A DNA stretch of 64,000 nt from an uncultured Clostridium sp. (lineage in GTDB: Bacteria; Bacillota; Clostridia; TANB77; CAG-508), in the NCBI GenBank assembly GCA_900557045.1, contig USQY01000001.1:28215-92214 (forward strand), given 5' to 3'. Shown in pieces: positions 20,033-31,409 of the stretch. Below the pieces are notes generated by a model. The model did not search any database. It was not told where the DNA came from and saw nothing but the letters and a program-made list of their open reading frames with translations. Within the stretch, counting starts at the first letter, position 1. Each line of letters begins with the position of its first letter. The translations under genes were made by a program, and so were the position numbers.

Positions 20033-20097
20033 ACCTCAAACTCAAAGACCTATCCCATTTAACAATTCAAATTTATTTTGCAACTAATTGCTCAAAA

Positions 20098-20802
20098 TCA
20101 AATTTTCTGCACTTTAAAATTCAAATAATCTGCACTTACCAAATTAAAATCAATTCCACCAATCTCCCCCTCAATAGCATCCATATGAGAATTCCCATGC
20201 AAATGCCCATAATAGCACCTTTTCACATCATACTGTTTCATTGTTTTATAAAATTCCAAATGCAAATTATTTAAAAGATTTTTAGAAGAAAGTGGAGGAT
20301 AATGCATAAAAACTATTATTTCTTTATCTTCTCCAAAATTTTCTATTGCATTTTTCAAAGATAATTTCAATCTTTCATTTTCTCTATTTATCATTTTTCT
20401 AGATTCTTCTGTGTCCTGCAACACCCAACCTCTTGTGCCAACAATTATCTTATCTTCTACTAAATATGAATTATTATATAAAAAATCTATATTTTCAAAA
20501 TTATTATCTGATATAAATTTTCTCATACTTGTTAATGTTGTCCACCAATAATCATGATTTCCTTTTAGTAATATTTTTTTCCCTGGCAAATTATTTAAGT
20601 ATTCAAAATCTAATTTCGTATCTTCTAAATATGTAGCCCATGAAAAATCACCTGGAAGAATAACTGTGTCATCAGGTTTTACTTTTTCTAACCAATTTTG
20701 TTTTATTTTTTCTTCATGATTTGTCCAATTATCTCCAAATATGTTCATTGGTTTATTTTGTGTAAAAGATAAGTGTAAATCTGCTATTACATATATTGAC
20801 AT
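20098..20802 (-). CDS. metallophosphoesterase (calcineurin-like)
   Basis: 234 aa with DLH, GDF, GNHD and GHLH metal-binding motifs. Confidence 0.75.
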   Translation of the reverse strand: MSIYVIADLHLSFTQNKPMNIFGDNWTNHEEKIKQNWLEKVKPDDTVILPGDFSWATYLEDTKLDFEYLNNLPGKKILLKGNHDYWWTTLTSMRKFISDNNFENIDFLYNNSYLVEDKIIVGTRGWVLQDTEESRKMINRENERLKLSLKNAIENFGEDKEIIVFMHYPPLSSKNLLNNLHLEFYKTMKQYDVKRCYYGHLHGNSHMDAIEGEIGGIDFNLVSADYLNFKVQKI

Positions 20803-20910
20803 ATTTTACTCCTCCTTTTTTACTTTTATATTCATTTTTACATCTGCTATTATTTATTTTTTATTAACATTGTTTTTACCTATAATACTATTTACTATAT
20901 TGTATTTAAC

Positions 20911-21909
20911 TTATTCTTCACCTAATTTTAAATTAGGTATTGCATTCAGATATAAATCTGATCTTTTTCCATTAATATAATTATAATATCCTGCACATGC
21001 TATCATAGCTGCATTATCTGTACATAATATTGGTTCTGGGTAATATATTTTCATATTGTGTGTTTTTTCTAATTCTAGAAATTTTGCTCTTATATATGTG
21101 TTAGCAGAAACTCCTCCTGCTAATGCTATTTTATTTATTCCTAACTCTTTAGCTGCTTTTAATACATTAGTTAATAATACATCTGTAACAGTTTCTTCGA
21201 AACTTGCACATAAATCAGCTTTATTAACTTCTGGATTTTTATGATGTAAATTTATTATTGCAGTCTTTATTCCACTAAAACTAAAATCTAAATTATCAAA
21301 ATGTGTTTTTGGTAATGGAATATTTGCGTTTCCTTGTTTTGCTAATTTATCTATTTTAGGGCCACCTGGATATCCTAAACCTATTACTCTTGCAACTTTG
21401 TCGAAAGCCTCTCCTATCGCATCATCTCTTGTTTTTCCTAATATTTCAAATTCTTTATAATTTTTTATATGTACCAAATGTGTATGTCCACCTGAAACAA
21501 CCATACATAAAAATGGTGGTTCTAAGTCTTTATGTGTTATATAATTTGCTGCAATATGACCTTCTATATGGTTTGTTCCCACTAATGGTATATTTAATGT
21601 GTAGCTTAATGCTTTAGCATATGAAACACCAACTAATAATGCCCCAACTAAACCTGGACCATATGTACATGCTATATGTGTTATATCCTCAAATTTCATG
21701 TTAGCATCTTTTAATGCTTGTTTTGTTACTTCAGAAATTGCTTCAACATGGTTTCTAGAAGCAATTTCTGGAACAACGCCACCAAATTGTTCATGTATTT
21801 TTATTTGTGAATTTATAACATTAGAAAGCACTTCCCTACCATTTTTTACTACAGCTACTGAAGTTTCATCACAGCTTGATTCTATTCCTAAAGTTATTAT
21901 ATCTTTCAT
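20911..21909 (-). CDS. tsaD: tRNA N6-adenosine threonylcarbamoyltransferase TsaD
   Basis: 332 aa with [14 protein letters not shown] and GGVSAN motifs. Confidence 0.94.
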   Translation of the reverse strand: MKDIITLGIESSCDETSVAVVKNGREVLSNVINSQIKIHEQFGGVVPEIASRNHVEAISEVTKQALKDANMKFEDITHIACTYGPGLVGALLVGVSYAKALSYTLNIPLVGTNHIEGHIAANYITHKDLEPPFLCMVVSGGHTHLVHIKNYKEFEILGKTRDDAIGEAFDKVARVIGLGYPGGPKIDKLAKQGNANIPLPKTHFDNLDFSFSGIKTAIINLHHKNPEVNKADLCASFEETVTDVLLTNVLKAAKELGINKIALAGGVSANTYIRAKFLELEKTHNMKIYYPEPILCTDNAAMIACAGYYNYINGKRSDLYLNAIPNLKLGEE

Positions 21910-22084
21910 TTGATATATGCAAAGTTTTTTAATTACTTTGCTCTCCTTTCCTTATTTCATTTCTTTTATCATACAATTATTTTATTTATTTTTACTGCTT
22001 TTTTTACCGTTTATTCTTAAGTATTTTTTGAGTTACTATTCTATAGTAATTTTTCTATTAAGTTTAGTTTATCTATTTTATAAA

Positions 22085-22843
22085 TCAAATTAAATTTAAT
22101 CCAAACATTTTCCCAACTACATAAAATATTCCGTTTGATACCCCTTGAATGCATGGTGTTATTATAACGCTAGCTAAACCAGTAACCCATATAAGTAGAA
22201 AGACTATATATAATACTTGTTGATTTTTATCAAACCAATTTCTTACATTATATGGTAAAAAATGATTTAATATTTTTGAACCATCTAATGGTGGTAATGG
22301 AATTAAATTAAATAATCCTAATCCAACATTTATAAATACTAATTCTAATAAAAATATTTGTACCAAAAATCTTGCTCTTATAGTCATATTGGCTAGTAAA
22401 TCATATTTTACGCATATAGCAAATATTATAGCAGAAACAAAAGCTAGTACCAAATTCATTAATGGTCCGGCAAATGAAACTATAGCTTCACCTTTAGTCA
22501 TAGTTATATTTCTTTTAAAATTACGTGGATTCACTTGTACTGGTTTTCCCCATCCAAATCCTGCAATTATTAATAAAGCAAAACCAAATGGATCTATGTG
22601 TTTAATTGGATTTAATGTTAACCTTCCTTGATTTCTAGGAGTACTATCACCTAATTTATCTGCTGCAAAGGCATGTGCAAATTCATGGAATGTTATTGCT
22701 ATTAATATTGCAGGTAATGTTAGTAATAATGTTAATATACTGTCTGTACTATTAAGTCTGCCTACAATATTTACTAAAACAAAAACTCCTAAAATAATAT
22801 ATAAAATTTTTTTGTTAAAATTAAACATAATTTTCCTTTCCAA
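22085..22843 (-). CDS. site-2 protease family (M50) zinc metalloprotease
   Basis: 252 aa polytopic membrane protein with HEFAHAF (HExxH) and a later NLIPLPPLDG motif. Confidence 0.75.
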   Translation of the reverse strand: MERKIMFNFNKKILYIILGVFVLVNIVGRLNSTDSILTLLLTLPAILIAITFHEFAHAFAADKLGDSTPRNQGRLTLNPIKHIDPFGFALLIIAGFGWGKPVQVNPRNFKRNITMTKGEAIVSFAGPLMNLVLAFVSAIIFAICVKYDLLANMTIRARFLVQIFLLELVFINVGLGLFNLIPLPPLDGSKILNHFLPYNVRNWFDKNQQVLYIVFLLIWVTGLASVIITPCIQGVSNGIFYVVGKMFGLNLI

Positions 22844-22936
22844 AATATAATTTTTTGATTATATTTTTAAACATAATACTCAGGAAATTATTGTTAATTT
22901 CCTGAGTTGTTTTTTATTATATAGTGCCTATTTTAA

Positions 22937-24442
22937 CTAATTTATAGGTTTCATTGTTGGGAACAATAACACATCTCTTATTGAAGCTGAATCTGTTAAC
23001 AACATTATTAATCTATCTATACCTATTCCCAAACCTCCTGTTGGTGGCATACCATATTCCAATGCTTGAATATAGTCTTCATCCATCATTCCAGCTTCTT
23101 CATCTCCTGCTTCTCTTGCTTCAACTTGTTTTTTAAATCTTTCATATTGATCTATTGGATCATTTAATTCTGAGAATGCATTTCCATATTCTCTTCCACC
23201 AATAAACAACTCAAATCTTTCAGTCATACGTGGATCAGATGCTTTTCTTTTTGCCAATGGTGAAATTTCAACAGGATATTCATATATAAATGTTGGTTGA
23301 ATTAATGTTTCTTCAACATATTCATCAAAGAATAAACTTATAACATCTCCTCTTGTTTCTTTTGTAGGATCTGGAATAACTATATTTCTTTCTTTTGCTA
23401 AAGCTACTGCTTCTTCATCTGTGTTTATTTTGTTAAAATCAATTCCTGTAACTTCTTTAATAGCATCAACCATTGTAATTCTTTTCCAAGATGGTGTTAA
23501 ATCTATATCTTGTCCTTGATATGTCACTTTAGTTGTTCCTAATACTTCTTGTGCACATCTTGAAAACATTTCTTCTGTTAAGTCCATCATATCATTATAA
23601 TCTTTATATGCAGCATATAATTCTAATTCTGTAAATTCTGGGTTATGTCTAATATCCATTCCTTCATTTCTAAATACTCTTCCCATTTCATATACTTTGT
23701 CAATTCCACCTACTATTAATCTTTTTAGATTTAATTCAAGTGCTATTCTTAAATACATATCAATATCTAGTGAGTTATGATGTGTAATAAATGGCTTTGC
23801 TGTTGCTCCACCTGCAATTGTATTTAATACTGGTGTTTCTACTTCTAAGTATTCTTTTTCATCTAGTATTTTACGAATTTCTTTTATGATTTTACTTCTT
23901 ATTTCAAAGCTTTTCTTTACTTCCGGATTTACTATTAAATCTACATATCTTTGTCTGTAACGTAAATCTGGATCTTTTAGTCCATGGAATTTTTCTGGTA
24001 ATGGACATAATGATTTTGATAATAATGTTACTTCTTTAGCATGTATAGAAATTTCTTCAGTTCTTGTTTTAAAAACAAAACCTGTAATCCCAATAAAATC
24101 TCCTATATCAAAAGTTTTAAATGCTTTGTAGCTTTCTTCACCTAAATCATTTATACTTACATAACTTTGTATTCTTTCATCACAGTCTTGTATTGTACAA
24201 AAAGAAGCTTTTCCCATTATTCTTTTTGCAATTATTCTACCAGCAACTGTTACATCTTTTTCTTCAAATTTTTCATAATTTGCTTTTATTTCACCTGCAG
24301 TATTTGTTCTATTAAATTTTGTTATTTCATAAGGATTTTTGTTTTCTTGTTTTAATTTTTCTAATTTTTCTCTTCTTACCATCATTAATTGATTTAAATC
24401 TAATTCTTGTTCTTGTGTATTGTTTACTTCATTTTCGCTCAT
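22937..24442 (-). CDS. lysS: lysine--tRNA ligase (class II)
   Basis: 501 aa with an OB anticodon-binding domain and class II motifs ([15 protein letters not shown]). Confidence 0.96.
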   Translation of the reverse strand: MSENEVNNTQEQELDLNQLMMVRREKLEKLKQENKNPYEITKFNRTNTAGEIKANYEKFEEKDVTVAGRIIAKRIMGKASFCTIQDCDERIQSYVSINDLGEESYKAFKTFDIGDFIGITGFVFKTRTEEISIHAKEVTLLSKSLCPLPEKFHGLKDPDLRYRQRYVDLIVNPEVKKSFEIRSKIIKEIRKILDEKEYLEVETPVLNTIAGGATAKPFITHHNSLDIDMYLRIALELNLKRLIVGGIDKVYEMGRVFRNEGMDIRHNPEFTELELYAAYKDYNDMMDLTEEMFSRCAQEVLGTTKVTYQGQDIDLTPSWKRITMVDAIKEVTGIDFNKINTDEEAVALAKERNIVIPDPTKETRGDVISLFFDEYVEETLIQPTFIYEYPVEISPLAKRKASDPRMTERFELFIGGREYGNAFSELNDPIDQYERFKKQVEAREAGDEEAGMMDEDYIQALEYGMPPTGGLGIGIDRLIMLLTDSASIRDVLLFPTMKPIN

Positions 24443-24513
24443 AAACGATCCTCCCTCTTAATAATTATAAACTTACAATATTATATATTAAAATCCTTAG
24501 AAAGTAAATAGTT

Positions 24514-26142
24514 TTACACTGCTTTTCTCAATTCTTTAGCATGGGTTATTGAATTAATTGTTATATCTCCACTTGATATTCTTGCTATTTCTTTTATAAC
24601 TTCTTCTTCATTTAGTAATTTTATATTTGTAACAGTCTTATCATTTTTTACTTTTTTATTTATATAATAATTATAATCACCTTTTGCTGCTATGCTTGGT
24701 TGATGTGTTACACATAATATCTGATGATTTTTAGATATTATTTTTATTTTTTCTCCAACTGATTTTGCTGCTTTACCGCTTATTCCTGTATCTATTTCAT
24801 CAAATATTAATACTGGTACTTTATCTGAATCTGCAAGAACAGTTTTTATTGCAAGCATTATTCTTGAAATTTCTCCACCTGATGCTATTTTTATTAGTGG
24901 TTTAGCATCATCACCTATATTAGTTGAGATTAAAAATTCCACATCATCCAATCCATTTTCTGTAAATTTATTTTCTGTATTAAAATCTATAAAAAGGCTG
25001 AATTTTGCATTTGGCATTTCCAAATCTGACAATTCTTTATTTATTTTTTGACTTAAAATCTCACCAAACTTTTGGCGCAATTCATGCATATTTGTACACA
25101 TTTTTTTCATTTTAATTTCTAATAAATCTAATTCACTTCTTAATTTTTGGTTATGTTCTTCACAATTTTCTATATTATATATTTCTTCTTCAATGTTTTG
25201 TTTATATTCCAATATCTCATCTACACTATTTCCATATTTTCTTTTTAAAGAATATATTAAATCTAATCTTTGCTCAACTTCATTTCTTTTTTCTTCATCA
25301 AATACAAGCTCATTATTCATGTCTGTTACATCTCTTGACAACTCTTGTATTTCATAATAAATATTTTTTAACTCTGTCAATTTTGTTTGATATTTTTCAC
25401 CTAAACACTCTATTTTTTCAAAACACTTTATAGAATTATTTATAGCCTCTATTGCATTACTACTTAAATTTTGCTCAATTTCAACTAAATTAGTATATAT
25501 TTTTTCAGAATTTTTCATAATCTTATGAAATTCATTTAATTCGTCCTCTTCGCCTTGTTTTAGATTAGCATCATTTATTTCATTTAATTGATATTTTAAT
25601 AAATCCAATTTTCTTTGTTTTTCTTCTTCATCACCATAATTTTGTTTTAATTCTTTTTTTATTTCATTATATTTATTAAAAAATTCAATATATTCTGCCT
25701 TTTGATTTAATATTTCATCACCAATAAAATTATCTAAATATTTAATATGTTCCTGTTTTTTCATTAATACTTGATTATCATTTTGTCCATGAATATCTAT
25801 AATGTCACTCATAAATTCTTTCAATTCATTTACTGTAACAAGTCTTCCATTTATTTTGCATGTGTTTCTACCATTATCAAAAATTTCTCTAGAAATTACA
25901 ACATTCCCATCAACTGAATTTTCATTATTTGGTAAAAATAAATTTAACTCAACAAAAGAATGATTTTCACCTTTTCTTATCATTTCTTTAGAAAATCTTC
26001 CACCTGCAATTATTTGTAAAGAATCTATTATTAATGTTTTTCCAGCACCTGTTTCACCTGTTAAAACATTAAATCCATTATTAAACTCTACCGTTAAATC
26101 TTCTATTATTCCTATATTTTTTATATGCATTATACTAATCAT
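24514..26142 (-). CDS. recN: DNA repair protein RecN
   Basis: Walker A GETGAGKT, a long coiled coil and a C-terminal signature/Walker B (LIFDEIDTGISG). The ATG at 26142 lies 7 nt after AAGGAGG and is preferred over the longer ORF. Confidence 0.92.
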   Translation of the reverse strand: MISIMHIKNIGIIEDLTVEFNNGFNVLTGETGAGKTLIIDSLQIIAGGRFSKEMIRKGENHSFVELNLFLPNNENSVDGNVVISREIFDNGRNTCKINGRLVTVNELKEFMSDIIDIHGQNDNQVLMKKQEHIKYLDNFIGDEILNQKAEYIEFFNKYNEIKKELKQNYGDEEEKQRKLDLLKYQLNEINDANLKQGEEDELNEFHKIMKNSEKIYTNLVEIEQNLSSNAIEAINNSIKCFEKIECLGEKYQTKLTELKNIYYEIQELSRDVTDMNNELVFDEEKRNEVEQRLDLIYSLKRKYGNSVDEILEYKQNIEEEIYNIENCEEHNQKLRSELDLLEIKMKKMCTNMHELRQKFGEILSQKINKELSDLEMPNAKFSLFIDFNTENKFTENGLDDVEFLISTNIGDDAKPLIKIASGGEISRIMLAIKTVLADSDKVPVLIFDEIDTGISGKAAKSVGEKIKIISKNHQILCVTHQPSIAAKGDYNYYINKKVKNDKTVTNIKLLNEEEVIKEIARISSGDITINSITHAKELRKAV

Positions 26143-26287
26143 TTGCGAACCTCCTTTTGTCGAACTTATGTTTTTAATTATAGACTCATTTTCTTTCTTT
26201 GTCAATATAAAAGTTTAATTTTTTAAAACTTGAATAAACATTCTGTTTTTTTCAAATACTACCCAAAAAGAAAGTGAGGTAATCCCT

Positions 26288-27220
26288 ATGTATAATTTTA
26301 GAACAGACATGGCAGATGAGAGAAAAGATATTTACAAAAAAGCCAATAATTTAGAAAACATTCCAGGAATAGAAACATCTGAAAGTACTGTAAATGATAA
26401 TATAAAAACAAACATTGTTAAAATAACTAATGAACAAGGTGAACAAGCCATTGGGAAAACAATTGGTACTTATGTTACAGTAGATATAAAAAATTTAAAA
26501 TTAGCAACTAACGAAGATATTCAAAAAGCTTCTGATGTTGTGAAAGATGAACTTAAGAAAATAATAGATTCACATTGTGAAAGTCAAGACGAAATATTAG
26601 TAGTAGGACTTGGCAATCAATTTGTAACACCTGATTCGCTCGGTCCTAAAGTGGTCTCAGAAATTGAGGTTACAAAACACTTTATAAAATACACCCCTCA
26701 ATATGTTGTAGAAGGAACACGTTCTGTATGTGCTATTGCGCCTGGTGTTCTAGGAACAACAGGAATTGAAACTTCAGAAATAATAAGAGGAATTGTAAAT
26801 AAAGTACAACCAAAAATGTTAATTGTAATAGACAGTTTAGCTTCAAAAAGTATTGAAAGGATTAGTAGTACAGTGCAAATTTCAGACACAGGTATAGTTC
26901 CTGGAGGAGGAGTTGGAAACGCACGAGAAGAATTAAGTGAAAAATCAATAGGAATTCCTGTTATTGCTATTGGTGTACCAATGGTTGTAGAATCAGCTGT
27001 TTTAGTTAATGATTGTTTAGATTTATTCATAGGCAAACTACAAAATGAAGCAAAATCTAATGATTATCTAAATGAACTAAAAGAAAAAGATAATTATGGA
27101 GAGATAAAGGAAAGCTTAAATCCTACAGGATACAATATGATTGTTACCCCAAAAGAAATTGATGATTTGATAGAAAATATGAAAGACATAGTATCTACAG
27201 CTATAAACTCAGCTGTCTAG
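26288..27220 (+). CDS. gpr: germination protease (GPR endopeptidase)
   Basis: 310 aa with an N-terminal RTDMADE and conserved GLGN..VTPDSLGP and DTGIVPGGGVGN motifs. Confidence 0.88.
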   Translation: MYNFRTDMADERKDIYKKANNLENIPGIETSESTVNDNIKTNIVKITNEQGEQAIGKTIGTYVTVDIKNLKLATNEDIQKASDVVKDELKKIIDSHCESQDEILVVGLGNQFVTPDSLGPKVVSEIEVTKHFIKYTPQYVVEGTRSVCAIAPGVLGTTGIETSEIIRGIVNKVQPKMLIVIDSLASKSIERISSTVQISDTGIVPGGGVGNAREELSEKSIGIPVIAIGVPMVVESAVLVNDCLDLFIGKLQNEAKSNDYLNELKEKDNYGEIKESLNPTGYNMIVTPKEIDDLIENMKDIVSTAINSAV

Positions 27221-27249
27221 TATCCAAAATTAACTATAACTTCAAATTG

Positions 27250-27291
27250 AAAAAGTGCCAGACAGCACCTCTGCACCATCTAGCACTTTTT
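27250..27291. terminator. bidirectional terminator between gpr and the bceB-like gene
   Basis: The stem AAAAGTGCCAGA / TCTAGCACTTTT is flanked by A/T runs. Confidence 0.6.
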
Positions 27292-27297
27292 CACACA

Positions 27298-29361
27298 CTA
27301 TACATCTTCCTTAATAATATTTTTACTACTTAAGTATGTAATCACAAAATATCCTCCATAAATCAAAGCAATAAAAACAGCAGTTATAACAATAGGCCAA
27401 ACCAAATCATCAATCTCATTAATAGTCTTCAAAATATTCAACGCAAAACTAATACCAAATATTGAATGTACAATAGCTAAAGCTAAAGGTATCAAAAAGA
27501 AAATTGCAATCTGCACAAATAAAGTTCTATTTATCATTTTCTCATCTGTACCAATCTTTCTTAAAATATCGTACCTCTGCTTATTATCAGAACTATCTGT
27601 TAATTCTTTCAAAGCTAAAATTGCACTACTTGCAATCAAAAATATAATTCCCAAATACAAAGCTAAAAATATAACTATTGCAGTTAAACCAGTAGTAGCT
27701 TCATAAATATCTAATTTACTATTTACATATAACATATATTTGTCATATGTTTTCACATATATATTTGAAATTTCCTTCTCAATAGCCTGTTTTTCATCTT
27801 CACTTTTTGCATTATAATTAGCAATCATATTTTTGGAAATTACATCTTTACTACTTAAAGCTGAATCAGGTAATATTATAATACCCATATTACAATGATT
27901 TCCCGCAATATCTATAAATTCTTTCTTACATTCTTGATATTTAGGAACATATTGTTTTCCATTTATTTCTATGTTTACATTTTTATTTAAAGCCATATTT
28001 CTTATTTTTATAAACTCACCATAATCAGCAATAACAATATATTCATTTTCATTTAATGAATATTGTTCTCTTCCATATGCTTTAGCTATTTTATTATATT
28101 CACTTAAAGTTATTAAATCTTCTTTGGTATTAACATTTAAAAATGGATATTTTTCTTTAACTTCATCAATAGAATCACCTAAAGCCTGTTCTAATGTTAA
28201 ATAGTCTATTTTGTACCTATTATAAGTAACAATATCTTTAAACTTACTATTTATATCAAATCCATTTTGCCCTAAAACTTCTTTTATTGATACTTTTGAA
28301 TCTTCAATTTCTTCTTGAGTTGCATTTTCTTTAAAGCTCTCAATATCTGTTCTTTTAGATATTTGTATATCTACTGGAGTTAATTCAGTAATAGATTTTT
28401 TAAATGAATTATTTAGTGATATTGCAGATGATAATACACATATAGTAACAAATAACATTAAGCAAATAATAGTCATTGAAAATACAGTTGTATTTATTTT
28501 GCTACTTAACTGTCTTAAAACAAACATATTTGTGTTTTTCAAATAAATAGATTTATTTGTTTTAATTACTTGTAATAAAAATCCAGACAAAGACCAGAAA
28601 AATAAAAATGTTCCTACACATCCACCTATTATTGGAAGAACCATAGGTTGAAAATTTTCTCCTAATAAACTTTTATAATCAACTGTAACTTTATAATAAG
28701 AAAATGCAAGTATACAAATAGAAATTATAAAAATTACAACACATAAAAAAGTATTTTTTATTTTTACTTTTTCATTTTTCTTAATTGCTGTTAATAAATC
28801 TATCAATTTGTATTTCGAAATAATAAATGTATTAAATATAAGTACAGCAATATACATTATACTGAAATATATTAATGTTTTTGTACATGCTGATTCTGAA
28901 AATACAAACTCAAATTTTGTCATATTAACTTCAAACATTTTAGCAACTAATACAGACATAAATTGTGAAGCAAATACACCTATTAATAATCCAACACCTA
29001 GTGAAATAATACCTATTAATATAGTTTCAATTACTAATATTTTTGATACTTGTCTTTTTCCCATTCCAAGTAACATATATGTTCCAAATTCTTTTTTTCT
29101 TCTTTTTATTAAGAAATTATTAGCATAAATTATTAAAAATCCTAAAATAACTGATATAAAAACAGAAACACCATAAAGTAAATTTATTAAAAGTTTTATT
29201 ATTTCTCTTGATGAACTATTCATTGCAAGCCTTGCTTCTTGGCTATCTATTGAATTAAACATATAAAAAATTGCTACACCTAGTATTATTGTAAAAAAAT
29301 AAATTGCATAATCTTTAAAACTTTTTCGTATATTTTTTAGAGATAATTTAAATAACATCAT
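27298..29361 (-). CDS. BceB-like ABC transporter permease (FtsX-domain, 10 TM, large extracellular domain)
   Basis: 687 aa with two FtsX-type 4-TM bundles and a ~200 aa extracytoplasmic domain. It overlaps the stop of the upstream ATPase gene. Confidence 0.8.
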   Translation of the reverse strand: MMLFKLSLKNIRKSFKDYAIYFFTIILGVAIFYMFNSIDSQEARLAMNSSSREIIKLLINLLYGVSVFISVILGFLIIYANNFLIKRRKKEFGTYMLLGMGKRQVSKILVIETILIGIISLGVGLLIGVFASQFMSVLVAKMFEVNMTKFEFVFSESACTKTLIYFSIMYIAVLIFNTFIISKYKLIDLLTAIKKNEKVKIKNTFLCVVIFIISICILAFSYYKVTVDYKSLLGENFQPMVLPIIGGCVGTFLFFWSLSGFLLQVIKTNKSIYLKNTNMFVLRQLSSKINTTVFSMTIICLMLFVTICVLSSAISLNNSFKKSITELTPVDIQISKRTDIESFKENATQEEIEDSKVSIKEVLGQNGFDINSKFKDIVTYNRYKIDYLTLEQALGDSIDEVKEKYPFLNVNTKEDLITLSEYNKIAKAYGREQYSLNENEYIVIADYGEFIKIRNMALNKNVNIEINGKQYVPKYQECKKEFIDIAGNHCNMGIIILPDSALSSKDVISKNMIANYNAKSEDEKQAIEKEISNIYVKTYDKYMLYVNSKLDIYEATTGLTAIVIFLALYLGIIFLIASSAILALKELTDSSDNKQRYDILRKIGTDEKMINRTLFVQIAIFFLIPLALAIVHSIFGISFALNILKTINEIDDLVWPIVITAVFIALIYGGYFVITYLSSKNIIKEDV

Positions 29362-30115
29362 TTAAATCACCTCCAAGAAGTGTTTGTACCTCAATTATTT
29401 TTTCAAAAAATTGTTTTCTTGTATCATTACCTTTTATTAATTCATTAAAAATTATACCGTCTTTTATAAAAATAATTCTACTTGCATAAGAAGCTGTAAA
29501 AGCATCATGTGTTACCATTAAAATTGTACTTTTTAATTTTTCGTTTAGTAACTCAAAAGTATTTAATAATTGTCTTGCTGATTTGCTATCTAACGCACCA
29601 GTTGGTTCATCAGCTAATACAATTTTAGGATTTGTAATTATAGCCCTTGCAGAAGCTATTCTTTGCTTTTGCCCTCCAGATACTTGATATGGATATTGAT
29701 TTAATATTTGTGTTATTCCTAATTTTTCTGCAACTTCTTTTACTCTTTTATCAATTTCTTTACTATTTACTTTTTGAATTGTTAAAGCTAATGCTATATT
29801 TTCATAAGCTGTTAAAGTATCTAACAAATTAAAATCTTGAAATATAAAACCTAATTCTTCCCTTCTGAATTTATTTAATTTATTTCCTTTTAATTTTGTT
29901 ATGTCTTGATTATTAATAATAATATGACCTGATGTTACTCTATCAATTGTAGAAATACAATTAAGCAATGTTGTTTTTCCACTTCCACTTGCCCCCATAA
30001 TTCCTACAAATTCACCATTTTCAACATTAAAACTAATATCATCAATTGCTTTTGTTAAATTAGATTTGTTACCATAGTATTTCTCTATATTTTTTACCTC
30101 TAACACATTACTCAT
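29348..30115 (-). CDS. BceA-like ABC transporter ATP-binding protein
   Basis: 255 aa with Walker A GASGSGKTT, signature SGGQKQR and Walker B LADEPTG. Confidence 0.9.
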   Translation of the reverse strand: MSNVLEVKNIEKYYGNKSNLTKAIDDISFNVENGEFVGIMGASGSGKTTLLNCISTIDRVTSGHIIINNQDITKLKGNKLNKFRREELGFIFQDFNLLDTLTAYENIALALTIQKVNSKEIDKRVKEVAEKLGITQILNQYPYQVSGGQKQRIASARAIITNPKIVLADEPTGALDSKSARQLLNTFELLNEKLKSTILMVTHDAFTASYASRIIFIKDGIIFNELIKGNDTRKQFFEKIIEVQTLLGGDLNDVI

Positions 30116-30240
30116 AACTAAAACCCCTTTCTTTTATAGCTTAATTATAAATAACTTTTAACTTAGTTGCCATTCATTTACATGACATTATCCTTACATT
30201 TTTGTCACATACACTCATAAACACATCAATTTTTTCACTA

Positions 30241-30372
30241 AAACAGTAAAGTAGGCTAGGTAAAATATATTAAAATGCAGTGAATGCGCAGTTTGGGAGC
30301 GTGAGCACACACACATTTTAGCACCCCAAAACGACCAGCAAATGAACTGAATTTTAATATATTTTACCTAGC
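30241..30372. repeat. family-2 hairpin repeat, copy b
   Basis: Arms GGCTAGGTAAAATATATTAAAAT / ATTTTAATATATTTTACCTAGCC. The outer arm bases differ from copy a but remain complementary. The core shares GCAGTG.ATGCGCAGTTTGG.AGCGTGAGCAC and AAAACGACCA. Confidence 0.8.
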
Positions 30373-30392
30373 CGGATACTATCTAGCCTATT

Positions 30393-31409
30393 CTAACAAA
30401 ATTTATTATAACTCCCCATAGGAAATGTAATTGCAACCTTAGTTCCCACACCTTTTTCTGATTCTAATTCCAATCCAATCTCTAATTTTTCGCACAATTT
30501 CTTACACAAATACAGCCCTATACCAGTAGATTTTTTTCCAATTATTCTACCATTCTCACCTGTAAATCCCTTTTCAAACACTCTACAAATTTCTGAACTT
30601 TTTATCCCTATACCATTATCTTTTACAAACAAAATAACTTTTTCTTTTTCTTCCTCAGCAAAAATTTCTAATTTAGAATCTTCATTTCTCCCATATTTAA
30701 CGGCATTTTGTATAATCTGATTTAAAATAAACACCATCCACTTACTATCTGTATATACCCATCTATCCAAGCCATGTAAATCCAAATTTACCTTATTTGT
30801 GATTAATAAATTTTTATTTTTAATAACCGCAGTATTTACTATTTCTCGTAACTCTACCTTTCCTATAATATAATCCTTTTCAACAGTATTGCTTCTTGCA
30901 TAATACAATGCTTGCTCAATATAATCTTCAACTTTATCCAGCTCTTCATCAATACTTCTTCCTGCTTCACTTTTATTATTTTCTATAATCATTTTACTAG
31001 TAGCAATTGGTATTTTTATTTCATGAATCCATAATTCTATATATTCTTTATATTCTTCTTGTATTTTTTTATATTTATTTACATTTTCAATCATAGATTT
31101 ATTAACATCTTGAATTACTTCTTTTAAAATTTTACCTTCTATAAAATTTGGTGTTTCTATTATTTCTGAAATCAAATATTTTTCATTTAAATCTTGTAAA
31201 TTTTTTTCTAATTTATTATAAAAAGTCTTTTTATTATAGTATTCTATAGATAATGATATACTTATTAATAATAGCGGAAAAACAATTATATAAATTTTAA
31301 TAAAATTATGTACATCATATGCTATTAAAAATATTTCTATTGTCACTAAAGCTAATATTAACAAACTAATTAACAATATTTTCTCTTTTATAAAATTTTT
31401 CAAACTCAT
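30393..31409 (-). CDS. BceS-like intramembrane-sensing histidine kinase
   Basis: 338 aa with two N-terminal TM helices and almost no extracellular loop, an H-box (WIHEIKIP) and HATPase N/G boxes (DNGIGI, GIGLYL). Confidence 0.82.
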   Translation of the reverse strand: MSLKNFIKEKILLISLLILALVTIEIFLIAYDVHNFIKIYIIVFPLLLISISLSIEYYNKKTFYNKLEKNLQDLNEKYLISEIIETPNFIEGKILKEVIQDVNKSMIENVNKYKKIQEEYKEYIELWIHEIKIPIATSKMIIENNKSEAGRSIDEELDKVEDYIEQALYYARSNTVEKDYIIGKVELREIVNTAVIKNKNLLITNKVNLDLHGLDRWVYTDSKWMVFILNQIIQNAVKYGRNEDSKLEIFAEEEKEKVILFVKDNGIGIKSSEICRVFEKGFTGENGRIIGKKSTGIGLYLCKKLCEKLEIGLELESEKGVGTKVAITFPMGSYNKFC

